Shown here in pieces: positions 1 through 9,759 of a DNA stretch of 64,000 nt; the first letter of the stretch is position 1; each line of letters opens with the position of its first letter. Under the pieces are notes generated by a model. The model was given only the letters and a program-made list of their open reading frames with translations, did not search any database and was not told the origin of the DNA. The stretch is from Candidatus Atabeyarchaeum deiterrae (GTDB lineage Archaea; Asgardarchaeota; Atabeyarchaeia; Atabeyarchaeales; Atabeyarchaeaceae). Both the position numbers and the translations under genes were made by a program. The stretch spans positions 1,056,001-1,120,000 of the forward strand of contig CP147780.1 of NCBI GenBank assembly GCA_037310415.1, in the 5' to 3' direction.

Positions 1-1203
1 ACAGATGAATTGATCCAACTAGACAGCAAATGGAGAGACTCGAAGAAAAAGGTGGAAGAACTCAGACACAGAAGAAACCTCCTTTCTGAGAAAATAGGTC
101 AGATCAAGCGCAAAAAGCAGGACGCCTCAAAGGAGCTAGAAGAAACTCAGCGCATCCCTCTGGACATAAAGAAGACCGAAGAACAGATGGCAAAACAGGA
201 AGAAAGGATCAAATTCATACTCATGAGGCTTCCAAACCTATTGCACGACTCTGTTCCAATAGGGAAAGATGATAGCGAAAACGTCGAAGTCAAACGCTGG
301 GGAGAAACAAGGGAATATGCTTTCACACCTAGAAGCCATATTGACCTCATGATTGAACTCGACCTGCTCGACCTGGATAGGGCAGCCAAAGTCTCAGGTG
401 CACGTTTCTACTACATGAAGAATGAAGCCGTCCTACTGGAACTCGCGTTAGAGAGATTTGCAGTCGACTACTTGAGAAACAAAGGATTCACAATAATCGA
501 ACCTCCTTTCATGATCAAAAAGGAACCTTACGAAGGAGTTACCTCACTAGCGGACTTTAAGGACACACTTTACAAGATTGAAGGAGAAGACCTCTACCTA
601 ATTGCCACATCAGAACACCCTATGGGTGCAATGTTCATGAATGAAGTCCTGCCAGCAGAAACCCTTCCGATCAAGAGCGCTGGCATAAGCCCGTGCTTTA
701 GGAAAGAAGCTGGAGCACATGGCAAGGACACAAAAGGAATCTTCAGAGTTCACCAATTCAACAAGATTGAGCAGTTCATCTTTTGCAGACCAGAGGATTC
801 ATGGAGCTTTCACGAAGAGCTCTTGGCAAACGCCGAAGGGCTCTACCAAAAGCTTGGCATTCCTTACAGAGTGGTGAATATCTGCACTGGGGACATCGGA
901 ACAGTTGCAGCCAAGAAATACGACATTGAAGCATGGATGCCAGTTCAAAAAGCATTCCGAGAAGTCGTATCATGTAGTAATTGCACAGACTACCAAGCGA
1001 GGAGGCTGAACATAAGGTACAGAGAGAAGACAGGTGAGAAATCAGAATTCATACACACGTTGAATAGCACTGCGATAGCGACACAGAGAACGATAGTAGC
1101 AATAGTTGAGAACTGCCAATTGGCAGACGGTTCGCTAAAGATACCAGAAGTGCTTGTTCCGTATATGAGCGGAATTGCAGAAATCAGGGGCAAAAAGCGA
1201 TAG
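1..1203 (+). CDS. serS: Seryl-tRNA synthetase, 5' end truncated by the window edge
   Basis: Class II motifs ATSEHP, FRKEAG..DTKGIFRVHQF, EVVSCSNCTDYQARRL and HTLNST; N-terminal coiled coil; frame is open back to position 1. Confidence 0.97.
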   Translation, partial: TDELIQLDSKWRDSKKKVEELRHRRNLLSEKIGQIKRKKQDASKELEETQRIPLDIKKTEEQMAKQEERIKFILMRLPNLLHDSVPIGKDDSENVEVKRWGETREYAFTPRSHIDLMIELDLLDLDRAAKVSGARFYYMKNEAVLLELALERFAVDYLRNKGFTIIEPPFMIKKEPYEGVTSLADFKDTLYKIEGEDLYLIATSEHPMGAMFMNEVLPAETLPIKSAGISPCFRKEAGAHGKDTKGIFRVHQFNKIEQFIFCRPEDSWSFHEELLANAEGLYQKLGIPYRVVNICTGDIGTVAAKKYDIEAWMPVQKAFREVVSCSNCTDYQARRLNIRYREKTGEKSEFIHTLNSTAIATQRTIVAIVENCQLADGSLKIPEVLVPYMSGIAEIRGKKR

Positions 1204-1238
1204 CCCGTTATGTTGAGAGTCGCAGATGGTGTGCTGGA

Positions 1239-2531
1239 ATGTTTGACGCAATTGTTGTAGGTGGCGGTATTGGCGGGCTCGCCACAGGAGCACTTCTAAC
1301 CAAGAAGGGTTTCAAAGTGTTGTTGCTAGAACAGGCTGGGATCCTCGGTGGACGTGCCAACAGCATTGATTACAAGAAACAGTATATCGTTGACTGGGGG
1401 ATCCACCTTCTCAGGTTTGGGGATAAGGGTATTGCCGCGCAGGTCTTCAATGCACTTGGAGAGAGACTTGAAGTCGTGGAACCTGGGGAAGGGAGACTCT
1501 TCCACGAAGGACAATGGTTTGAGCTTCCGACCAAAGCTGATGTTCTGAGGAGGACCCCGCTTCTTACTGACGAAGACAAAAAGGCGGTTGGAGGACTACT
1601 AGTTAAGATCATAGGAACCGCTCCAGAAAAAACACTCGGTCTCTCAATTGCCGAGTGGCTGGAGGATATGGGTGTCAGTAAGAGATTGGAATGGATCATG
1701 AAGTTGATCAGCAAGCTTTGCATTACAACACATTCTCCTTCGGACCTCTCTTGCGGCGAAGTGTTCACGGTGATATCAGGCGCCCTGAAAACTGGAAAAT
1801 CAGTGGGATATCCGAGAGGCGGGTGGAAGTCAATAGTCGAAAGACTAGCTTCCCTAATCTTGGAGGGAGGCGGAGAGCTAAAGACCAACATGAGAGTTGA
1901 GAAGATCACGATAGATGGTCGGATGAGAGCACGGGGGATTATCGCTGGTAGCAGCAGGATCGAAGCTGACAATATTGTATATGCTGGAACTTGCCAGCAG
2001 CTTCATAATCTCGTGGATGAGGGTGATGTTGGAGGAGCATTTCTTGCAAGGGCCACAGCAATAATGCCCACGGCTGGCGTTAGCATAGATCTTGGCATAC
2101 GCGGCAAAGCTTCTGATTTGAATGGGATGGTCGCAATTTACGAACCCTTCATACTGGGTCAGTTTACCTCGAATATCGATCCATCAGTTGCTCCATCAGG
2201 TCAGCAACTTGCAACATTTCTCTCCGTCTTGTCCCCCGATGAGGTTAGGAAAAAGACTAAGGTCGAGCAAGCTTTTGAGGTCTTGGAGAGCTATGTACTC
2301 AAAATGTTTCCTAGAATTAAGGGATCCATCCTTTGGAAGAGGAAAACTACCATGGATATTGTTGACGGTGTCCTTCCTTCAACCCTGCAGTCAAGGGAAA
2401 AGAGAATAGGATTCATGGGTCCGGTCAAAGGGCTTTACTTCGCTGGCGACTGCTATGATGGGGAAGGCGGGGGAAGTGACATTGCGTTTCACTCCGCAAG
2501 GAGATGCGCCGAAGTGATTGGGAATAAGTAG
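1239..2531 (+). CDS. FAD-dependent oxidoreductase, phytoene desaturase-like family
   Basis: N-terminal GGGIGG dinucleotide-binding motif, GGRA, YPRGG and C-terminal LYFAGD. Confidence 0.8.
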   Translation: MFDAIVVGGGIGGLATGALLTKKGFKVLLLEQAGILGGRANSIDYKKQYIVDWGIHLLRFGDKGIAAQVFNALGERLEVVEPGEGRLFHEGQWFELPTKADVLRRTPLLTDEDKKAVGGLLVKIIGTAPEKTLGLSIAEWLEDMGVSKRLEWIMKLISKLCITTHSPSDLSCGEVFTVISGALKTGKSVGYPRGGWKSIVERLASLILEGGGELKTNMRVEKITIDGRMRARGIIAGSSRIEADNIVYAGTCQQLHNLVDEGDVGGAFLARATAIMPTAGVSIDLGIRGKASDLNGMVAIYEPFILGQFTSNIDPSVAPSGQQLATFLSVLSPDEVRKKTKVEQAFEVLESYVLKMFPRIKGSILWKRKTTMDIVDGVLPSTLQSREKRIGFMGPVKGLYFAGDCYDGEGGGSDIAFHSARRCAEVIGNK

Positions 2532-2778
2532 AGTGATCCCACCCAATGGTTCATGGCGAGGTTCGCAAAAAACCACTACTCAGAGTAGTAGTAACTGAAG
2601 TTACACCGTTGAGTTAAATTCTCCTCTCTTGAGAAGTAAACCCTGTGTTGAGGGTGCGGCATTACTATTTCTTCTTTTAGAAGAAAGTCCCCTCCCCCTC
2701 CTCCGCCGCGCCTTCAACTTTCTGTCATACCATCAAGCATATCCCAGCTTGGGTGCTATAGGAGAGTTCCCAGTTATC

Positions 2779-3897
2779 CTACTTCAAGAGATTGTTCAGA
2801 GTATCGATTATCTTGGAGAGGTCTTCGCTAGTGACGGCTGGATGGCAAGGAAGGGACATGACTTCGTCCGCGGCGACCTCTGATTCTGGGAAGTCACCTT
2901 TTCTGTACTTGAAAGTGCTCGCGTAATAGGGTGACAAATGTATGGGACTTTCATAGTACGCGGCCGCCGTGATTCCATTCTCTCCGAGCTTCTTAATTAT
3001 GTCGTTACGAGACAATGGTGACTTACCAGATCTTACTCTGGTGGTGTAGAGGTACCATGTATGTTTAGCCCATTCTTCAACCATTGGAAGCTCTATGCCT
3101 GGAAGGTGGTCCTTGAGACCCTCTGTGAGGGCAAAAGCGTTTCTCTTTCTAGCTTCCAGGAAAGTAGGCAATTTTCTGAGTTGAACACGTCCTATGGCTG
3201 CCTCAATCTCTGGCATCCTATAGTTGTGACCAAGCATTTCGCATTGATATTCTTCTTTCTCCCCATGTCTCCTAATCATCCAGATTCTGTTTGCGAGCTC
3301 GTCGTCGCTTGTAGTTACCGCTCCTCCCTCACCTGTCGTAATATTCTTGCTGGCATAGAATGAAAAGCAGGCTAGATGCCCGATGGAACCGGTTTTCTTC
3401 CCCTTATACTCAGCTCCAATTGACTGGGCGCAATCTTCGATAACATAGATTCCTTTGTTCTCGGCCAGCTCCATCAACGGATCCATGTCAGCAGGGTGAC
3501 CATAAAGATGAACAGGAATTATGGCCTTGGTCCTTTTTGTAATCACTTTCTTGACCTTGCTAGGATCAATAGTATAGTTTCTCCCAGTTATGTCCGCGAA
3601 GACGGGTCTCGCGCCTGCTAGCAGAGCGACGTTGGCAGTGGCAATAAATGTGAACGGAGGAACAATCACCTCATCTCCGCTCTTGATACCGACCGCGAGA
3701 AGAGCTGAGTGAAGGGCAGCAGTTCCAGAGTTCACAGTCAACACATGTTTTACACCCAAGTATGATCCGAGCTCATTCTGGAACGCTTTATTCATCGGTC
3801 CCTCGCCGAGGCGGTTAGTCAATATCCCCGAACTTAGGACTTTCATTACTTCCTCCTTTTCTTCTGATCCTACAATAGGTCTGTTTATTGGTATCAT
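2779..3897 (-). CDS. DegT/DnrJ/EryC1/StrS PLP-dependent nucleotide-sugar aminotransferase
   Basis: NSGTAALH, PVHLYG, IEDCAQ and SFYASKNITTGEGG (PLP lysine). Confidence 0.93.
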   Translation of the reverse strand: MIPINRPIVGSEEKEEVMKVLSSGILTNRLGEGPMNKAFQNELGSYLGVKHVLTVNSGTAALHSALLAVGIKSGDEVIVPPFTFIATANVALLAGARPVFADITGRNYTIDPSKVKKVITKRTKAIIPVHLYGHPADMDPLMELAENKGIYVIEDCAQSIGAEYKGKKTGSIGHLACFSFYASKNITTGEGGAVTTSDDELANRIWMIRRHGEKEEYQCEMLGHNYRMPEIEAAIGRVQLRKLPTFLEARKRNAFALTEGLKDHLPGIELPMVEEWAKHTWYLYTTRVRSGKSPLSRNDIIKKLGENGITAAAYYESPIHLSPYYASTFKYRKGDFPESEVAADEVMSLPCHPAVTSEDLSKIIDTLNNLLK

Positions 3898-4182
3898 GCT
3901 TAGTATCAGACTCCGTGAAGAATCATGCTATGAGGAATAGTGAGAGGTACCTGACGCATATACATTCTTCTACTTTGGGTTCTCTTCACCGACGAGAGTT
4001 TATATCAGTTTTGATGCAAACCATCCTAATAGAAGGCAGCAGTTCTAACATTCTCTACCACGATGGACATCAGTGTCTTCAATCAAAGCGTCTTGATGGA
4101 ATAGACGTTGATACATGTCCATCGCGAAAGAGATATATCATACATCAGCCTTATCCTGAACTAGGAGGTATGAGGGTTGGAA

Positions 4183-4347
4183 ATGGAAGAAGAAAAGAAA
4201 GCGGAATACTATAAGAAACCAGAGCAGGTTGCGGCAGCACCGAAACCAGCGCACAAACCGGTACACAAGAAAGCAATACCCAAGGTCAAAGCCAAAGGCA
4301 AAGGCAAAGGCAAAGGCAAAGGCAAGGCAAAAGCACGCAAGAAATAG
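4183..4347 (+). CDS. Small Lys/Ala/Pro-rich basic protein (54 aa), not in the ORF track
   Basis: Translates to MEEEKKAEYYKKPEQVAAAPKPAHKPVHKKAIPKVKAKGKGKGKGKGKAKARKK*; G-rich RBS-like sequence upstream and T-rich tract downstream (~4405-4430). Confidence 0.65.
   Translation: MEEEKKAEYYKKPEQVAAAPKPAHKPVHKKAIPKVKAKGKGKGKGKGKAKARKK
4294..4326 (+). repeat. Hexanucleotide tandem repeat (AAAGGC)x5 encoding (KG)n
   Basis: aaaggcaaaggcaaaggcaaaggcaaaggcaag read directly. Confidence 0.9.
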
Positions 4348-4447
4348 AAAATGTTACGCGTCTCAAAGGAAGCATTGGCATCGCTAAGCCCAGTCTGCCT
4401 CGCTTCCCTTCTTTTGTTTTCTGTCTTTTTCGGGGCGCACAGGTTCA

Positions 4448-5320
4448 TCAGGTACACTGATTCTTGAGGCACTGAGGCGTGAGGTTATCATCCCTCGTGG
4501 GATTTAATCTCGACAAGGCCTCTGCTTTGACTGGGGTTACCACCTTGCCTACAAGTCCGTGGAGAGAGTAAGGCAGCCTTGCGAATCTTGTTCCTCCTCT
4601 CGTAACCCATGGATCTATCGGTATGTGTTGCTCTTCTTTCACCCATTTTGCTAGTGCATCTCTTTCCTGGAATCGCAACTCGTACGCGCTAGGATCCTCT
4701 ATGTAGATGTGGAAGCCGCGTCCAGAGTAGATAACTTCAAGGTTAATGTAGCCTTTGCTCAGAAGAATGCCGTGGAGGCGGCGCGTGTATATTGCGGCTT
4801 TCCTGAAGCAGATGTAGCAGAACTGGTACATTGACTTTCTCCTAATTCTCTCGCCCAGAGTTCCACAGTTGGGGCAGTCAATGTTCTCAGGATCTATATC
4901 GAACATGAGATGTTGTCCCACTATATTAGTGCACGAGGCACAGTTCTTCTTTCCTAGCTTTCTGCATTTTAGGCATTTCTCCTTGTCTTCGTAGAGATTC
5001 CTATCGTAGTAGGTGTCCTCAGGACAATAGTCCACCAAGTTGTATCTCAGGTCATCGAGGTCTCTGACAGAAAAGAGGATTAAGGAACCTGCTGATGTAC
5101 TGTATTTCTTTCGTACTATTCCGCTCTCTGCCCCCACGTCAACTGAGAAGATCGGGTTTCTTAGTGGTTCGGGTAGCCGATGAAACCACTGTTTGACTTG
5201 ACCAATGGCGAATTCATCGGAGTAGAACTTCTTTCTCTGCAGGATCGTCGGCGGAAAATGATTGACAGGAAAACACAGCCTCTGAGACAAAGTCGATTCC
5301 TCTTGGTAATACTCTTTCAA
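4448..5320 (-). CDS. Archaeo-eukaryotic primase small subunit (PriS)-like protein with Cys clusters
   Basis: FDID, YSGRGFHI and RxxRLPYSLHG AEP motifs; CxxC pairs. Confidence 0.8.
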   Translation of the reverse strand: MKEYYQEESTLSQRLCFPVNHFPPTILQRKKFYSDEFAIGQVKQWFHRLPEPLRNPIFSVDVGAESGIVRKKYSTSAGSLILFSVRDLDDLRYNLVDYCPEDTYYDRNLYEDKEKCLKCRKLGKKNCASCTNIVGQHLMFDIDPENIDCPNCGTLGERIRRKSMYQFCYICFRKAAIYTRRLHGILLSKGYINLEVIYSGRGFHIYIEDPSAYELRFQERDALAKWVKEEQHIPIDPWVTRGGTRFARLPYSLHGLVGKVVTPVKAEALSRLNPTRDDNLTPQCLKNQCT

Positions 5321-5345
5321 AGAATCTGCCGACCGACTTGGACTC

Positions 5346-6305
5346 TCAAGATACAGTCCATTTCTTTTCCTCAGCCTTTTCGTCTTCAGACTCTTGAACT
5401 TGACCCTTGCTGGACAGCATTTTAAGGTATGCAGAGGTCGTAAGTGCTGTTGCCACTGACTTCAATTCGCCTGACCAACCCAAGTTGAGCGATTTCTCAA
5501 TCATGTTAGCAACCTGCTGAGTCTTGGCTTCACCAAGCTGGCTGACTGTTTCGTATACTTCCTTTTTCCAAATCTCATGTGCATCTACTGCTCTGTTAAC
5601 TTGCTCCTTAATATTCCCACCAGAATAAGGCGCGTCATGAGACGGAACGAGGAGATCAATTCTCAATTCCAGCAGTCTATTCAATATGATCTCCTTTCTC
5701 TCAGCACTCCCCGTTAAGTCTATCACGTACTTTCCGGGATTAGAAGGAACTTCGATTACCTCGTCTCCTGCAAAAACAGCTCTCCTATAATCATCGTAGT
5801 ACATGACATGCCCGCCGCAATGACCCCCACTATGAATAACTGTTAAGGTAGAAAACCCCAAATCAAGTTTCTCCCCGCCCAGAAGAATGGAATCAGGGTT
5901 AATCGGCGCAATCTTCCCAAAGGTCGACTTCAGTTTTCGTGTTTCTGCACTTGACTCCCCAAACACATTGAAATGCTTTGTCGCGAGCGTGCTTGGATCT
6001 CTCAAAGCCTCGGCACCCGTGCCATGGATGTAGATTTTTCCACCAGTCGCACTTTTCAGGTCAAATGCTGAGCCGAAGTGGTCAAGGTGCTCATGTGTCA
6101 AGAGAATATAGCTGACGTCCTTTTTTGGATCCTTTCCGGACTTCTTGATGGCATCTATCACTTCTCTCCATAGCTCGCCCTTGCTTCCTGTGTCGATCAC
6201 GGCTATTTTTCTGTCGATGATTATGAAGGCAGAGTTGGCAATTCCATTCCCGTTGCTTTTCCCCGTGACTCTAATCAACCCTGGATACATTTCCTCGTAA
6301 GTCAA
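5346..6305 (-). CDS. Metallo-beta-lactamase-fold hydrolase with C-terminal helical/wHTH domain
   Basis: IDTG, THEHLDHFG, GHCGGH, FAGD and PSHD. Confidence 0.88.
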   Translation of the reverse strand: MTYEEMYPGLIRVTGKSNGNGIANSAFIIIDRKIAVIDTGSKGELWREVIDAIKKSGKDPKKDVSYILLTHEHLDHFGSAFDLKSATGGKIYIHGTGAEALRDPSTLATKHFNVFGESSAETRKLKSTFGKIAPINPDSILLGGEKLDLGFSTLTVIHSGGHCGGHVMYYDDYRRAVFAGDEVIEVPSNPGKYVIDLTGSAERKEIILNRLLELRIDLLVPSHDAPYSGGNIKEQVNRAVDAHEIWKKEVYETVSQLGEAKTQQVANMIEKSLNLGWSGELKSVATALTTSAYLKMLSSKGQVQESEDEKAEEKKWTVS

Positions 6306-6446
6306 TACACTCCCACCTTTACAATCACAATTACTGTGAGTTAATCACTTAATTCTGTTGGTTCATGTTAAACAAACATTAGCACACAGAGACAGATAGG
6401 AGCGATCTGGGCGAAGTGGCTCCACATCATGAATAATAAAGACGAT

Positions 6447-7364
6447 TTAGATAAATAGCGTGAGAACAAATAGAAGAATCGACCCAATGAATAGGGTTGC
6501 GAAGACAAGTTTGCTCCAATGGAGAACCTTCTCCCCATCCAATGGCGGGACAGGAAGCAGGTTGAACAAAGCCAGCCATCCACTTAGGTTAGCGCCGATG
6601 AAAAAGATTAGCGAGAAATCAGAGAGGATGAAGGCAAATGCTACCATTGTGACACCTATCGCAATGTTAGTGGCTGGTCCTGCCGCCGCTGTCTTCCCAA
6701 ACTCTTTGGGAGTTGCGTTTCCACCTATCATGACCGCACCAGGCATGTATATCTTCCAAGGGAGAAGTAAGAATACAACCGTCAAGAAGGCGTAATAAGG
6801 TATTATCCTGAATTCCGCTATCAAGCCGTGTCTCTGGGCGACGAACTTATGTGCGAGTTCGTGAGGGAGAAAACTCAGAAAGAGAATCACAGTAAGAAAG
6901 AGGAAGAGAGTCCAGTCAAAGTAGGTGAGAAAGGGTAACAGGTAGAGCGGAACCATAATTGAAAGACTCAGCAATGCCAGTAAACCCAAAGCAACTAGTA
7001 AGTGCATGACCTCGGTTCTTGAAGAGTGCCCTCTACCTTTCTTCACTGTGTAAGGTTCTCCATAATCGACTCGGTAGTAGTAGGAAGGTCCAGATTGAGA
7101 TTCTTCCTCACTCTCGTCATCGTACTTACTTGACTTCACGGAGACTTGACCAAGCACCGAAGTAGGGGAATCTTTCTGCAGTACTCCAAGGGGCTGCGCT
7201 TTCTGGGTTTCGGGAGTGCCAGTGCAATCATGTGACTCTGGTAATCTGTGCTTCGCACAATAGTATTTCTGGCAATGCCTGCATGAGTATGGTAGAGACA
7301 CAGATTCTCCGCATTTAGCGCATTTCGTCAATTCCCTTTCAACTCTAAGGATGCAGATGGTCAA
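6447..7364 (-). CDS. AN1-type zinc finger fused to an M50 (site-2) membrane metalloprotease
   Basis: CAKC..CRHCQKYYCAKHRLPESHDC; HELAH; AAGP; NLLPVPPLDG; several TM segments. Confidence 0.9.
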   Translation of the reverse strand: MTICILRVERELTKCAKCGESVSLPYSCRHCQKYYCAKHRLPESHDCTGTPETQKAQPLGVLQKDSPTSVLGQVSVKSSKYDDESEEESQSGPSYYYRVDYGEPYTVKKGRGHSSRTEVMHLLVALGLLALLSLSIMVPLYLLPFLTYFDWTLFLFLTVILFLSFLPHELAHKFVAQRHGLIAEFRIIPYYAFLTVVFLLLPWKIYMPGAVMIGGNATPKEFGKTAAAGPATNIAIGVTMVAFAFILSDFSLIFFIGANLSGWLALFNLLPVPPLDGEKVLHWSKLVFATLFIGSILLFVLTLFI

Positions 7365-7530
7365 TTAATGGTGATATTGAGTTAATAAGAAATTCGAATG
7401 CGGAAATATCGTAGGATCGCAAGTGTGACAAGAAATGAAAAAAGAAGAGGATGGCGCTACCATTTTCCAGTATGCCGGAGGTCCAGCGTCAAGTCACTAT
7501 TCCATTAAGTGCAGTAGGGATTTCTGGGAT

Positions 7531-7971
7531 TCATAGTGTGGATGCTACCTCTTCGACAGCATTGCTCTGCGGATTGCATCTATTTTGATTCTGACGAAGC
7601 ACTAATGCCATTAGACGACCTAGTGGAGTCAACCGTGCTGGCGTTCCCTTCGAGTTCTCCGTTCCCCCGCAAAGTAGGTTGATCTCTCTTAGACGTCTGA
7701 TGTTCCACTTAACTGTGGAATAACTTATTCTTGACTCGCGTGACAGTATGCTGCAGAGTCTTGTTAGAGTCATCGATTTCCATTGCAGCTCCTGTGAAGC
7801 TGAAACAAGGAGGATCTTCTGTCTCTCTGTCAGAGTCGATTGGGACAAGTCGACCAAGTGCTTGCCGATCTCATTGTTCCATTTGCTGGAAAACGGTGTC
7901 TCTTGGCGATTCTGGACAGGCTGCAACGCAGTCGTGTGATACTTAAAGTGAGAAAAGGCAACAGCTGTCAC
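7531..7971 (-). CDS. Winged-helix DNA-binding protein (true start probably downstream of 7971)
   Basis: LTERQK..ISYSTVKWNIRRLREINLL..LTPLG wHTH pattern. Confidence 0.7.
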   Translation of the reverse strand: MTAVAFSHFKYHTTALQPVQNRQETPFSSKWNNEIGKHLVDLSQSTLTERQKILLVSASQELQWKSMTLTRLCSILSRESRISYSTVKWNIRRLREINLLCGGTENSKGTPARLTPLGRLMALVLRQNQNRCNPQSNAVEEVASTL

Positions 7972-8062
7972 GATTCATGCAGGAGCTGCTGCTGGAGGGT
8001 ACAATAACCTCTCTCGATTTCTTGGCCACCTCTTCTAACCATCTTTGCAGCTTTGAAAACAC
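7943..8062 (-). CDS. Putative 39-aa Cys-containing small protein
   Basis: GTG start just after AGGTGA; MFSKLQRWLEEVAKKSREVIVPSSSSSCMNRDSCCLFSL*. Confidence 0.3.
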   Translation of the reverse strand: MFSKLQRWLEEVAKKSREVIVPSSSSSCMNRDSCCLFSL

Positions 8063-8194
8063 GTTCACCTTTCATGATAGCCTCTTCACCATCCGTATAG
8101 TAGTCTAGCATGGTCAGCAAAACCCAGTTGGCGGCTATATTTAAACGCTTGGTTAACCTAATTTAACCACAACTTGACAGCACATTGACCGTGA

Positions 8195-8941
8195 ATGCTT
8201 GGACTCAATCTTGGTGTTGGTTCCTTGGAGAACACGGATCTTCTTCTCATAATGGCTCTATTAAGAGCAGAGGGTAAAGCAGCTAGAATAGACGACCTCT
8301 CAAAGGAATCAGGTCTGCCAGAGAAGGATCTTCTAAGTAGGATTCAGAGATTGGAAGATAACGACTTAATCAGGAAGCCGTTCAGTAAAGATATGATAGT
8401 CACCCCAGTGGGAGAAGACAGGCTCAAACTGGCAATTACAGCTGTAACTCTCGGCGCAACAATGGAACAGTCTGCAAGCATGCTATCTTGGAAAGAATTC
8501 GAGTCTTTCTGCATGAGGATTCTTGAAGAGAACGGGTACTCTTGTCTCCAAGGATTTCGATTCAGGTCTACACGCGGAAAGAGATTCGAGTGCGATGTTG
8601 TCGCAACAAGAAAGCCACTATTTGTATTGGGAGATTGTAAGCACTATGGCGGAAAGGTGAAAGGACTGAGAACCGTTGTAAAGAGGCAACTTGAGAGAGT
8701 CGACGCATTTTGTAAGACTATCCCGACAATCGTGAGAAGAATCCCAGAGATTGTCAATTGGAGGGAAGCAATAACAGTCCCGGTGATCATAACACTATTC
8801 CCAGAGAGTTCGACAATAATAAATAGAGTTCCCATAGTACCAGCTTTCAAGCTAAACAATTTCATCCAAGAACTTCCATCAAACATCGAGAGCATAGCTC
8901 ACACAACAGTAGAACCAGCAAAGCAGAAACGATTGCTTTAG
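8195..8941 (+). CDS. wHTH plus Mrr/NERD-like PD-(D/E)XK endonuclease domain protein
   Basis: N-terminal wHTH; WKEFE..ECDVVA..DCKH motif. Confidence 0.75.
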   Translation: MLGLNLGVGSLENTDLLLIMALLRAEGKAARIDDLSKESGLPEKDLLSRIQRLEDNDLIRKPFSKDMIVTPVGEDRLKLAITAVTLGATMEQSASMLSWKEFESFCMRILEENGYSCLQGFRFRSTRGKRFECDVVATRKPLFVLGDCKHYGGKVKGLRTVVKRQLERVDAFCKTIPTIVRRIPEIVNWREAITVPVIITLFPESSTIINRVPIVPAFKLNNFIQELPSNIESIAHTTVEPAKQKRLL

Positions 8942-9074
8942 GAAGCAATATACAAATCACAAGTGTCGTACACTTGGCACCCAAAGAGCTTAAATCGAGC
9001 CGAGAATCATTTTAAGCGGTGTCAAAGCTCTATCTGACTCAATATTCAATGGGGCTTCGCGAGAGGTAGTCTTA

Positions 9075-9626
9075 ATGGAACTTAAGAAGGTTAATATTCT
9101 GCTCACAGGTCCACCTGGCTCAGGAAAAACTCGGTTAATTCAGAAGATTGTCCAAGATCTTAAGGGATCTGGTGTGAATGTGGGAGGACTTGTAACTCCA
9201 GATGTCAGAATCGGCGGAGAGAGAACTGGTTTCCACATAGTCGATCTTCTGACTGGGGAGAAAGGGTTGATGGCTGATGCGAGTTACAACTCGGACATAA
9301 AAGTTGGAAGATATGGCGTCAATTTGGCTGTCATTAGAGAGATCGGGGTGAGCGCCCTTTACAGAGCCATAAGCAAAAGCGACATAATAATCATAGATGA
9401 GATTGGCAAGATGGAGCTTTACTCCAAAGAGTTCCAGGAAGCAGTTGAGAGAGCAATATCCTCAGCAAAACCCCTGCTTGGCACAGTCGGTGAAAGGTTG
9501 ATGCATCCATTTGTGGCGAGAATAAAGACCATGGCAGGTGTTCAGCTGATGACACTAAGCCGTTCGAACTGGGACGAGACATATGAGAAAATCAAAGAAA
9601 TCATCTTGCAGAGCAAGAAGATGTAG
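9075..9626 (+). CDS. Nucleoside triphosphatase, THEP1/NTPase_1 family
   Basis: LTGPPGSGKT, RTGF, VGRYGV and IIIDEIGKMEL. Confidence 0.92.
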   Translation: MELKKVNILLTGPPGSGKTRLIQKIVQDLKGSGVNVGGLVTPDVRIGGERTGFHIVDLLTGEKGLMADASYNSDIKVGRYGVNLAVIREIGVSALYRAISKSDIIIIDEIGKMELYSKEFQEAVERAISSAKPLLGTVGERLMHPFVARIKTMAGVQLMTLSRSNWDETYEKIKEIILQSKKM

Positions 9627-9759
9627 AAATAGGTGACCTTCACCGGCTCTACGACTGCGAGTTTATGTTCTCGGATTCTGCCATCATGTATTGTCAATCC
9701 GGTGAACTCTTAGATCTCTTGTGACGGTTTTGAGTTTCGCATGCTTGGAGGGATTTTTC

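Noticed and set aside
4209-4472. Minus-strand ORF with LPLPLP repeat
   Set aside because: It is the shadow of the Lys-rich + strand ORF at 4183-4347.
7450-7495. Possible tRNA-like or short-peptide element downstream of the wHTH gene
   Set aside because: No cloverleaf or T-loop consensus, and only weak pairing.
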